Shown here piece after piece: positions 12,701 through 25,935 of a stretch of 58,334 nt of DNA. The notes beneath the pieces were generated by a model that was not told the origin of the DNA, ran no database searches, and saw only the letters and a program-made list of their open reading frames with translations. Position 1 is the first letter of the stretch. Each line of letters starts with the position of its first letter. Origin of the DNA: Aplysia californica (lineage: Eukaryota); NCBI RefSeq assembly GCF_000002075.1, contig NW_004797951.1, forward strand, positions 280,852-339,185, in the 5' to 3' direction. The translations under genes and the position numbers were made by a program.

Positions 12701-15700
12701 AACTAAGAGTCTGTGAAGGGTACTTACAATTAAGCTGACATTTCATGTTAGTGGACTATTCTTCGAAAGTTTTCGTGTCTTTCTTTGTGAAAATGATAGC
12801 CAACAGTCATATTACAATTGTTTAAGGCATTTTTTTTTTCATTGTAGATATGTGTATCTGTTTTGTTTTCTGTATCCCTCCTTGTTATTGTTTCTGATTT
12901 TGCTTCATTTAAATATGTATCTCCTGTGCTTTCATTATCTTACCATTTCCATTGTATTGTTTTTCATAAAATGATATGATCTGACCTGACATGCTGCATC
13001 ATTCAGTACTGTGGATAACTTTTTTTCCCCCTCATCATTCTCAGGAATCAAATTGATTGCCAATGCAGGGGGGATTAATCCGTCGGGGTGTGCGGACGCC
13101 TTGAAAGCTGTGTGCAAAAAAGAAGGGGTCGATCTCAACATCGCTGTTGTAAAAGGGGATGACCTCATGGCACAGGTGAGAAAAAGCTTACCCAGAGGGA
13201 GGGGGGGGGGGGAATCTGCATTATCAGTTAAGATCATGGGCGAGGTGCAACAAGATGTGATCATTTTTATGAATTGTCTTTGAGAATTTTTAAAATGATT
13301 AGAAAGTAAAAATATTTGTTCACCCCCCATCAAAAAAATCTATATAGATAGATATTGGTAAGCATCTTTCCTTTGGAAAGGACTAGTTGCACTATTTCCT
13401 GCATCTTTATTATAATTCAAGATAGGTGTATCAAGTGTTATACAAGCTGAAGATCTTGACTAAATAAAAGTTTTTGAGAAATTAAACATCATCAATGATT
13501 GGCCTTAAGAAGTAATTTCAATGTGTTTTCAGTGCTATTCTTGATCTTAGAATGCTTATATTTATTGTAATTGTTTACACAAATTTTTGACTGTTAGTTA
13601 AGTACAAATGTATACCAATGATATATCACTCCAGGTTCGAGATCTGAAAAAACTGGGAATTACAGACTTGGACTCAGGAGTTCCATTTCCGGAACAGCTC
13701 CACAGCATGAATGCCTACCTTGGGTAAGTCGAAGTCGTAAAGGAGGGAATTTCTAGTGTGAACTGTTTTTTTGGTTTTGTTTTTTTTAAATAGTAGAGGA
13801 TTTTACGGCGCTCGCAACTGCATAAAGTCATATGAGTGCCAAGGGAGAAGTCAACAGAGAAGTCTTTACAGGGAACCAGGCTTACCCTGCTCACCTCTCT
13901 AGCTTCAACAGCACAAGGTCTGCTTCGACTATCAAGGCACCCCAAAATAGCAGGTCACAAGAGAGTGACAAACATACAAAAGAAGTTGAGGAAAATGACA
14001 ATAGTAAGGATCAGGAAAGAAAAAACAGCCGTTCCCTTTTGTAGATCTGGCACAGTTATGAACGTGACATGAGTCAGCCCATTTACAATTCTACTATGCT
14101 TGAACGAGAAATGTCCCCCCTTTGGGAATGGCCTAAAGACACTTCAGTCAGTGGCACTGCCCCGGGGGGTTTGTGAACTGTAACACAATATCTTCTGCTG
14201 TAAATGCCATCACTACTGACTACACCTGAAAGTATCTCATGCTTGGATGGAGGCCGAGATAAGAGCAGATGAATAGGTTCTGGCTGCTAATCAACACACT
14301 GTGTTGAGCACACCATGTGTTTGCGTGATGACAACATTCTTGGCTCTAGATGCAGGCAACCAATCAGGTTTTGTACAGCTCCCAAGGTAATGCTAATAAT
14401 AGATTGCATTTACATAGCGCTCTATCCCATACAAGTATAAGCTCTGAGCACTTCACATCAATCACGTTATCACAAAAAAATTGACATTCACACTGGATCA
14501 AATATTCCACTGTAACAAGAAAAACCAGTTCAACAGAAAACTTTCAACCAATGCCATTAATGCAGAACAAAGGATACTGGTGCCAAAATTATACCTACAG
14601 AGCTGGGTACTGTTTTCACCCTCAAACGTGTCAGTCAGTCAGTCACTCTTGCCTCACTATGTTTATATCAGTGTACATTTCCATTTATGAAAATAGGCAC
14701 ATGTTTCATGCAACCGGTTAAGATTCTTCAAATATAAAGCATTTTTACCTGTGATTACGAAGGGCCCTCTAAGCTCATGAATGCAGTGATTATTTGGAAG
14801 AGTGATAAAGGATTCACCACATTTTGTTCCTTTGAAGAAAATGGCAGAGGAGAACTCTAAGCTTGATCAAATTCATGTTGAGAAGGCAGCACAGCAGTTA
14901 ATGGTTATTTTCATCCTGGCAGTCTGTGACCGTAATTTGATGCAACTTACCGTACGCACGGTGGTGAGTCGAGTGTTTAATGACCTTTAATTTATTCATC
15001 GGTAAATTCAGTTAAACTGTGAGAGGATTTATCTACATAGGTCAAAACAGGACATCATTGGTTATACAGTGTTTTGAATAAGATTTCAGCTGATTGTAAA
15101 AAGTAGACTCTTAATTCATACTGTAAAAGACACATGTTGTATCTGGTCTCCATCGTTTTATAGACTAAAAGTTTTCAAAGAGAGAACAAAATAGTTTTTG
15201 TTTAAAGATGAACTGGCACCGAAATTTCACTCTTTGAGAAAATTCAACAAACTAACAAACTTGTTCTTTATTGGTGGGAAGCCTCATTCTTGCAGGCTGT
15301 ACACAGTAAAAATGTAGAAAACTCGAGAGGAGTGTGAAATTTGTGGTCAAGCAGCTGATGACGGGAGGGTGCGGGGTACAACCAGGGAGTCTAGATTCAG
15401 ACCAATTGTATTCCACTACTCACCACATATAAGTTGAAAGGTTGAGTCACACTCTACTTTGGCGCTCATATGACCTTATGCAGTTGAGAGCGCCGTAAAA
15501 CCCTCTTCTATTTAAAAAAAATACACTCTACATGATTGTCAGAGTGCCAAACGGTGCCGGATTAGTGCTATAGCTGTTGGCCACTACATTAGATCAGTCG
15601 CTAAAGTTGTGTGGATTTACAGCTGTGGATCAGGTTTCGCTTTCACATAATGACCTGATTAATAAATCAAGTTGCTATCACACATTCAGCTTCAAACGTG

Positions 15701-18700
15701 CTGTTCGAATTTATTTTATCTGAAAATTGAACATCTCATTTTGGATGGATTCGATAATTCTTATGGCAGTGCATTTGTATCCTGAAAAAAATATTATCTT
15801 GAAAAGTATGTGGAATTGATGGGGAGAGTTAGAAAATTCTATCTCGACTTGATTTCTATTTGGAATTTTTTGGTGTTAGTCAGGTTTTGGACCCCCACCA
15901 CCGTGTGCGTTGGCTCTACACAGATGATCTAGTCCTAGTCCTATGGTGGGAATGTCTGCTTATTGTCTGTGCTCTTTGGTCTCTGTGTGCAAAAAGGCTG
16001 TCATGAAAATCAAGTTTGAAATCCACTTAAAAATTTTCTTTTCTGTATTTATATCAAGTTTTGAACAAATAGAAGTTTTCTTTTTCCGAAGGAAAAAAGA
16101 ACAGTCTTTTTTTTCAAGCTTTAATTAAGTCAAGAAAGGCCAAGTATTGTTATAATTATTGGAGCAATGTCCAGGTTCTCAACAACCTGAGTTTCATTAT
16201 GACTGGACGCTGGTTATTACTTTGTGCTTGGTTTGTGTAATCTGACCCATTAAAGTGGATGGAAAGCGAGTGCTCTCGTGTGGGTTGCTCCATTCTTCTT
16301 ATCAAACAACTATCGTCCTTATCTCTTCTCCTCCTTTTCTTTGTATGTTACTCTCTAGTTACTCCTCAAATCTTTTGGAACATATATAACATATTTGTGT
16401 CGCAACTGTTGTAAAACGTTAACTCAAACTGTAGAACTGACCCATGAAAATGCTATCATAAAATACTCAAAGGCAGTGTGATCAGAATGTAGAGAATTTA
16501 ATTGTCCTATCTGAGAGTGGTTGTGTACGTGATAATGAAATTAGTCAATAAAACATGTTTTATTTATTATGTGCTCCCCAGTGCGGGTCCCATCGCTCAG
16601 GCCCTGGGCATGGGTGCGGACATTGTGGTCACCGGGAGATGTACAGACAGTGCCCTGGTCCTCGCTCCCTTGATGCATGAGGTAGGCAGGGAAAATGCTC
16701 CGGTTTTCTTTGAAAAGTAAAGTACCTTTGGAATAAGTGATTGGAAGGTATGACTAGTGCTTCTACAACGACTATGTTTGTATTGTCCCTCTGTTGTTTC
16801 TGTATGCCTGTCTTTAGTTTCTTCAGCTCTTAACTTAAGTTCCCTGAGCTCTTAGTTTCATTTTCCTCTCCTGTTAACTTCAGTTTTTGTGTCCTTCACC
16901 AAACAATATCCCCCTTCTGCTCCCTCCATATCATCCTCTGCACTCTCCTCCCTCACCCTATATTCCTCCCTCCTGTCCTTCTGCCAAAAACCTCTCTCGC
17001 TCTTCTTAGTACGTCATGTGACCTCATATACAAGACAGCCACAAGGTTTGTTAACCTTTTTCCTCTGTCCTTTCAGTTTGGATGGCGGATGGACCAGTTT
17101 GATGTCCTAGCGGCTGGCAGGTAGGATTTAGGGGGGTGGGGGTATCGGTGAAAGAGACTAAGTGAGAGAGGATGTTGGACTCTTGTGTTAAGAGATGGAA
17201 ATTTTCAGCTTTTTATCAGTACTCTGCTTCCTCTGCCAACGAATTTGTTAAGACACAGTTTATTATGGACTGTTAGGAAAAGACGATTATATTCCTAAAA
17301 TTTTTGGTTTTTCTTTTTTGTGCAATAGGTGACTTGGCCTATGATCATAGATTGTTAATTAAGAAAGTTCTTTGGGCTGTTCAGACTGTACTATGTAGGC
17401 CCTCAGTAAAAGCCCACCCCCTTTTCATGATTAATTATGCATTTTAGCTACCCTTTTATTATTTAGTTTTCTCCTACGATTGATCTTGCTTGGTATAAAC
17501 ATTATTTTTTAATCAGTCCTATTTTTGGCAGATAATGGTTAATAACATGTAGCTCTCACTGGTAAGATTGAAGGCTAACAAAGCAGGGGTAGGCTCGGAG
17601 AAACTTGTTTGTTAAGCCTCAACAGTTGGGTTTCGAGGGAAACATCAGGATAATAGAAAGGTTTTAAGAACGACAGAGCAAAGGAATGAATGGCAAGCCA
17701 TGATCGCCAATGTATGTTGCTGATCTGACACTGGATGATGATGATGATGATGAATGGTTAATAGTTTATTATTTTATTGTGCAATGGTTGTTCCCTTATA
17801 TGTTCAATACGTCCAAAGTGTGCAGGTCTGGCTCCTGACTTGCTAGTGTTTGATTGTATTAATTTGTAAGAGCCTTACTGCATATTGGTCTTTATTCCCT
17901 TATTCATTCCTGTTAATTATGTTCAGTTTTGAAAATATTTATGTATATTTATATAAATCTACAGAGAAGTATGCAGTATAACAAGGATAGGTCGAGCACA
18001 GAAGACTCGAAATCACGCCTCCGTCGAATTGTGCCTGCAGTTCCGGGTTTTTTCTTCTTCTTTATCTTTGTAAGATATTCCTTGAACTACGGATCCCTCG
18101 AACTACTGAGGCTGGTCTCGATGAATTCGAGCTATCCGTGTTATTTGAAAGTCATACCTGTATGTCTGTATGTTTATTAAAATTGGGTTTGGTTTCTTCC
18201 AGCTTGGCCGGACACCTGGTGGAGTGCGGAGCCCAGGCTACGGGTGGGATCTTCACCGACTGGCATGAAGTCAAGGACTGGTGAGAGGCTCCCATTCTAA
18301 ATGTGGTCTATTTGGTTGTTTAATTTGCAATCTGGCGTGTTGGTCAGTGGCAGGGGGTTAGGCCTAGCCTATTGTTCGGCTGAAAGTGTGAGAGTGAGTA
18401 AAGTGTGTCTCAGTTCAGTTGTATTGTTTGGTGCAAGTGTATAAAAGCAGTCTGGATTACTACTGGTTAGACTTTAGAGGGGAGAGCTGTAGCAAGGCAG
18501 AGGAGGCCTGCTGAGAGTTCGGGTGGGGAAAAGGCTAGTTAGAGCCTCGGTTTATTTCTGTGTAACGTGTGAGATTCCAACACATCGGGGCCCCGTCGCT
18601 GAGGAAAGGATCACCCTCCGGAGAGAAACAGGTTTGGCTAACCCCTGTTGTAGGCGCAGGCAGACAGAAGATTAGTGTTAAACATTGTTTTATGTTCAAG

Positions 18701-19311
18701 TAACAACACAATATTACTTGATGTCTGTTATAGCTGAGAGAGGGGGTCCCTTGGTTATTATAGTTTTTTAACACTCTCCTTTCAGAATGCACATAATAAT
18801 ATGTCAACTAAAAAAAACATTTACGGTAAAAATGTGTAGAGTCTTCCTTCTTTGACCTTTTTGTGTTGCAAGCGTGATAAAACTTTAGCGAAAAATAAAA
18901 ATTAATTTGATTATTGCCACTTTCTCGCCGTGTGCAGGGATCACATCGGCTTCCCTATCGTGTCCGTCGGATCAGATGGGAAGTTCACGCTGTCCAAACC
19001 TCCGAAGACGGGCGGGCTGGTGAACAAGGGCACTGTGTCGGAGCAACTCTTGTACGAGATCGGTGACCCCTCGCAGTACTTCCTGCCCGACGTCGTCTGC
19101 GACTTTTCCAACGTGCGAATCGACGAGCTGCCAGGGGACATGGTTTACGTGGACGGTGCTCGTGGAAATCCGCCGTCAGGCGAGTATAAGGTGAGGGACT
19201 GAGGGAGGGGAACTCTCAGTTATTGCTGTCATGTTGAGGATAATGATGATGATTCTGTTACTTCTTCTTCTTCTTCTTAACTTTTTCTTCTTCTTCTTTT
19301 CCTTCTTCTTA

Positions 19312-19342
<31 letters not shown>

Positions 19343-21733
19343 CTTCTTCTTCTTCTTCTTCTTCTCCGCCTCCACCTCCTCCTTCCTATTTGTTCTTCTT
19401 CTTTTGCTCTAAGAAAAGTTTCTTTAATCCTCCACAAAATTTTTGCCGCATGTTTGAGTAAATCCCCGTGGCACATCCTCCTCTCGCAGATTGTTCTCAC
19501 CAGTCCTGTCTTAATTATTCCATCCCCCCGGGGCAGTGCCACTGTTTGTAGTGTCTTTAGGCCATTCCCAAAGGGGGGACATTTTTCGTTCAAGCACAGT
19601 AGAATTGTAAATGGGCTGATTCATGTCACGCTTATAACTGTGCCTGATCTACAACAGGGAACTGCTGCTTTTTCTTTCCTGATCCTTACTATTGTCATTT
19701 CATCTACTTCTTTTGCAAGTTTGTCACTCTCTTGTGACTTGCTATTTCCACGGTGCCTTGATAGTTGAAGCAGACCTTGTCCTGTTGAAGCTAGAGAGGT
19801 GAGCAGAGTAAGTCTTATTCCCTGTAAAGACTTCTCTGTTGACACCCACCCCTTGGCGCTCATGTGACTTTATGCAGTTGCGAGCGCCCATAAAACCCTC
19901 TACTATAATAAACAAAATTATTATTTTAGGTCAGTGCAACCTACGCTGCGGGCTACAGGACCACAGCGGCCGCCATTGTCGGGGGTCCAAGAGCCACAGA
20001 GAAAGCGGAAATGACAGCAAAGGCCATCCTTACTAGGTTTGAGTTCAATCCTTTTTTTAAATTTGATCTGAGAATTTCCTGTGGTAGAAGTTCCCTGATC
20101 AGGTTTGCATAAAATCCTGTTGTTGTTTTTTTCTGGACTTCCATTTCTATTTAGTGATATTCAACTTATTGTCAATGATGTGAAAATATGTATTTCTATG
20201 TGGGAAAATTTGTGTGTCTTTACAATACTGGTACACAAATATTTGCCATGGAAGGGTTGTTATATAATCTTAGTGTACCCAGGTTCTGGAAAGTCAATTT
20301 CTTTTTCTTCCCAAACCCCTATATTTTTTTTGGGGGGGGGGGGAGGAGGGGGTTAAAGAAAGCTCTTATTTTTGGTCCTGGAGTGGTTTGCAGGTCCGGT
20401 TTTGAATCTCAGTCTCATTATCGGTCATGTCAGTCTACTCTACTTTGTGGGGAAGTGAGTTTGAGAAGACTGGGAATGCCTGCTCAAGTGCTCTCTACGA
20501 CATTTTACTCTCTGAAGAAGGAACTGTAGGAATAAAAAGATGTTTGGTTGAATGAGAGCAGGAATTTTTTAAATCATTTTTTTTTCTTTTTTTGCAGGTG
20601 CCGTCGCATTTTTCACCAGCTGAATCTGGATGATTTCACAGCGGTGAATATAGAGGTCGTCGGTGCGGATAGACGTCCCCTGGAGGAAAGGAACTGCGGA
20701 ACAGTGGTAGGTCAAATTTGACGTGTTGTTCCAAATATAAGGACAGGGGGAAAAAAACACATGTCACTTTCCACACATTATTATATGCAAATATGGCGGT
20801 CGTTGATGTGGAGATGCCTTGCAAGGATAACTAATTAGTGCAGGCGGTTGGCGAGTGCTCTGGTGTGGTTTGCTCCTTCTTTCCTATCAAACATCTATCG
20901 TCCTTATCTTCCCTTCTTCTTTTTTATGTTTGTTGCTCTCTTGTAACACCTCTAATCCCCTGGCGCTCATATGACTTTATGCAGTTGCGAGTGCTGTAAA
21001 ACCCTCTCCTAAAAAAAAACAACATCTGATTAGTGTTTGGATCTCAGGTATTCTTGCATAAGTGAACGCAATAGTTGATTCCTTTTGTTAGTTAGTACAT
21101 GGCTTTGTTTCCTCCTTTTTCTGTCTCCTCTCACAGAACGAGCCCAAGAATGCTGTGCTCTGGATTGCTGTCACCCACAAGGAGAGGAAAGCCTTGGAGT
21201 TTTTCTCGAGAGAAGTTGCTCCTGCTGGCACGGGAATGGGTCAGAGAATTTTTTCCACATTGTTTCTTTTTTTTTTTTCACTTTCTACGTCAGTCTGTCT
21301 TTCTCTCTGCNNNNNNNNNNNNNNNNNNNNNNNNNNNNNNNNNNNNNNNNNNNNNNNNNNNNNNNNNNNNNNNNNNNNNNNNNNNNNNNNNNNNNNNNNN
21401 NNNNNNNNNNNNNNNNNNNNNNNNNNNNNNNNNNNNNNNNNNNNNNNNNNNNNNNNNNNNNNNNNNNNNNNNNNNNCATACAAACACAAGTTGAAGGTCT
21501 TTACCACTCTGTCTTTGTCGATGTAAAGTTCCAAACAACACAGTAAAATAATCAAGAAGCATAAACTAATGATAATCATAAAAGAATAATATTGAGAATA
21601 ATAACAACATAATAACATCAACAACAATAATAANNNNNNNNNNNNNNNNNNNNNNNNNNNNNNNNNNNNNNNNNNNNNNNNNNNNNNNNNNNNNNNNNNN
21701 NNNNNNNNNNNNNNNNNNNNNNNNNNNNNNNNN

Positions 21734-21773
<40 letters not shown>

Positions 21774-24700
21774 TCTCTCTCTCTTTCCTTCTTTTCTCTG
21801 TTTGCCTCCTCAATCAACCTCACTCATTTTCTGTTCACACTCATTCAAAGATGCTGATGTGTACACACACAAAAGCCTGTTACTTAATGCCCCAACCCAA
21901 ATGACAAAACTGGCCAAATGTAACCATTATTAATATGACAATTTGGCATAGACCACTTCTCAAAAGTAACAGAATCAAAAAGTTACTTTGACGCAACAAT
22001 AGAGATTACTGAATAAAAAATGTGGTCTTTAGATTTTACCTTTAATTAGTGGGTTTTTTTATCTTCAGTTGTTTATCAAGGTAGGCCTTGTTAAGCTCTG
22101 TGTAGCTTCTTATTTAAGTCCTTTTGGTTTGTATCTTTTAGCAAACTTTCACTACCCCCCGGGGCAGTGCCACTGACTGTAGTGTCTTTAGGCCATTCCC
22201 AAAGGGGTCGACATTTCTCGTTCAAGCACTGTAGAATTGTAAATGGGCTGATTCATCATTTCACACTCATAACTATGCCTGATCTGCAACAGGGAGCTGC
22301 TGCTTTTTCTTTCCTAATCCTTACTATTGTCATTTCCTCTACTTCTTTTGTATGTTTACCACACTCTTGTGACCCGCTATTTCCGGGGTGCCCTGATAGT
22401 CGAAGCAGACTTTGTGCTGTTGAAGCTAGAGAGGTAAGCAGAGTAAGTCTGATACCCTGTAAGGAATTCTCTGTTGACACCCACCCCTTGGCGCTCATAT
22501 AACCTTGTGCTGTTGCGAGCGCCGTAAAACCCTCTGCTAAAAAAAAAAAAAAAAACTTTCTCAAGATTTGTTTTCTTACGACTTTTCAATCTGTCCTTCT
22601 CCTCAGCCCCTGGGTTGTGTGGCATCGTGGGAGGAAGACCGAGCATGTAAGTATTTTTTTTCTCCTTCTCCTCGTTCTTTTTCTTTCATTTTCGGCTTTC
22701 ACTCTGTTCCCTCCTGCTTTCTTTTCCCTCTTCTTCTTGATCGTATTCGTCTCTCGCAATGAGCTCTCTCTGATTGCCTGTCCACAGTGTCTCCCTCACA
22801 CTCCATCTCAAACTGCAGGCTACCATTCTCTTGCTCACTGTATGCATACACATATCACTTCAAAATTTTCAGAGTGGGGGGGTCGGCTGTTTTTGAATCA
22901 ATAAAGTTGTCTTATTTTTTTAAATTCAAAAGTATGTCTGGCCTTATTTAAAGTAAAAAACATTGTTCATTTTCCTCTCCCAGATCCCCAGTACTGAGGC
23001 TGTTTTCCTTCCTGTACCCAAGGGACAATTTCAAGGTATCTGTGTCGTGTCTGAAGATAACGTAGAATTTGTTTTTAATCAGTTATTCATCCTATTTAGT
23101 CTATCAATTGTTTCTCAGAACTGGAAAGAAAACAAAATTTGTTCTTTCATTCCGCCATCTGAATTTCTACCATAGACTTGTTTCAGCCAAGTATGGGTTG
23201 TATACATTGTTACTTTTCCTGAGAGAGGCAAAGAAATTTCTTTCAGAACTGGCTGCTTCATTGAAGTTACGGGTGACATTTTTGTATAATGCGTTTAAAA
23301 AATATATATATTTGTCATTACACAGTGGAGTCACACGCTCTTCAATTTTTGGGCATGTGGAGTTATTGATATCATCTGAAGGCTTATTCATTTTTGCTTG
23401 CTTCAATGAAAAAAATTTCCTCCTATCTTGAATAGAAGTCAGTATGTTTGTGATTGAAGTAGGTGAGGTTGCCCATTTTCAGTGGTAAAATTACTGTAGC
23501 GAGAAAATGGCTGCCAAAGTTTGGTAACTTCAATAGCTTGAGAGTCGTTGAAAATGTATATTTTATGCCTTTACTTTAACTTTTTTCAGGAAGATTAACG
23601 TGGAGATGTGCATCACGGTGCCTCACATATACTCATAACAAGTAAATGAAAAACGAGAAATCAGTTCTGAGACCCGTATTAACCCTATCCGTATGTCGTG
23701 TTTTGCTATCGTATTCATACGACGCTGGGAACTCTGTGCCACCACTTTCCAAAGAGGAAATTTACTCGTTAATCCAATCTGTACGCTTTGCATAGCTGTC
23801 TGTCAAAATGATTTTTTGAGAAATACTGAAAGTTTCCAAGACATCTTCGCACTAGAAGTATTCTAAAATGTGAAGAATACTCCAACCCCGGGGGGTACAA
23901 AATTACCCCAGGGCGTACAGATTGGGTTAACTAACAACCGAGTGTTGGTTTTCGACAGATCACGATCGAGATGAACGACGAGGTGGTGGAGTACCAGCAG
24001 CCCGAGGTCCCGACCGTCGAGTACACGCGCCAGGCGTACCCGGCCAGCGACAGCAACGGCAACGGCCCGAACCCGCTGGTCAACGACATTGACCTTCCCG
24101 GGGGTGACAGGAGCTACAGGCTGGAGGAACTGGCCTATACCCGCTCGGGGGACAAAGGGGACACCTGCAATATAGGTTAGTTTAGTTTTAGTAGAGGTTT
24201 TTACGGCGCTCACAACTGCATAAGGTCATATGAGCGCCAAGGGGTGGATGTCCAAGGGGTGGATGTCAACAGAGATGTCCTTACAGGGAATCAGACTTAT
24301 TATGCTCACCTCTCTAGCCTCAACAGCACAAAGTCTGCTTCGACTATCCAGGCACCCTGGAAATAGCGGGTCATAAGAGTGTGACAAACATACAAAAAAA
24401 GTAGAGGAAGTGACGATAGTAAGGATTAGGAAAGAAAAAGAGGCAGTTCCCTGTTATAGTTCAGGCACAGTTATGAGCATGACATTGTTGGATCAGCCCA
24501 TTTGCAATTCTACTGTGCACTAGAGCAAGAAATGTCCCCCCTTTGGGAATAGCCTAAAGACACTTCAGTCTGTGGCACCGCCCCGGGGGGGGGGGGGGGG
24601 GTTATATATATATACAAATGTAGAATTAGATATAGAGTGAGATGTAGGTAAATATGAAGAGAGACACAGAGAGAGAGAGACTCACAGAGTGAGAGAAAAA

Positions 24701-25893
24701 AAAATTATTTTGTACCTAGAGGGGAGATCTTTTGCTGCACCTGCTTGGGGGACACCTGCGCTATTGGTTAATTATATATGTGTTTATCGATGTAGGTATA
24801 GATATAGAGTGCTGATATGGATAGATGGTGAGAGAGGGAGGGAGAGTGAGAGAGACAGAGAGAGAAAGAATTATATTATACAGGCTGGAGGATCTGGCCT
24901 ACTTCCGCTCAGGGGACAAATGGTACACCTGCAATATTGGTTAGTTATATATATATATATTGATGTAGATGTAGATATAGAGTGCTGATACAGATAGATA
25001 TATGGATAGATGGTGAGAGAGAGAGAGAGAGAGAAAAATAATTATAATATACAGAAAGGGAGAGATCTTTTGCTGCACGTACTTGGGGGACAAAGGGGAC
25101 ACCTGCAATATTGGTGAGATATATATATATGTATATGTGTCCCAACCTGGAGATATATATATATGTACATGTGTCACAACGTGGAGATATATATATATAT
25201 ATGTATATGTGTTACAACGTGGAGATATATATATGTGTATATGTGTCACAACGTGGAGATATATATATGTGTATATGTGTCACAACGTGGAGATATATAT
25301 ATGTGTATATGTGTCACAACGTGGAGATATATATATATATGTATATGTGTCACAACGTGGAGATATATATATATATGTATATGTGTCACAACGTGAAGAT
25401 ATATATATATGTATATGTGTCACAACGTGGAGATATATATATATGTATATGTGTCACAACGTGGTGGAATCAGGTTCTCATCAATTTTTGGGCATATGGA
25501 GTTATTGGTATCATCTTAAAAAGCCTGTCCATCTACCTTGCTTTCAATGAAAAAAATATCCATTTATCTTGGATGCAAGTCAAGATATTGGTGACTGAAG
25601 GAGGTGGGTGTTGCCTGGTTTCAGAGGTCAAATTAGCGAGAAATGGCCGCTAAAGTTTAGTTATTCCCTAAGATTGAGAGTCCGTGAAAACCTAAAATTG
25701 ACATTTTTATGCAATTAATCGTTTTCCAATAAAATTCACACAGAAATGTGTTCTTTAATGAGCATGAAAGGTGTTGAGCAAAAAAACAAAAATTTCACTT
25801 TTCTTTTGTTTCATTATTTTGACGAGCGCCTGATTTCACCACGCTGCCTCACATATAGATGTAGAAAATGAAATAGATGAATAGATAAATGGT

Positions 25894-25935
<42 letters not shown>

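Noticed and set aside
18595-18640. Hammerhead-like CTGAGGA...GAAAC
   Set aside because: Could not build stems I-III around the core.
25113-25463. CRISPR-like regular repeat
   Set aside because: No unique spacers, eukaryotic intron context and no cas genes.
25083-25653. Long ORFs with a repeating [10 protein letters not shown] peptide
   Set aside because: Translations of the minisatellite; not coding.
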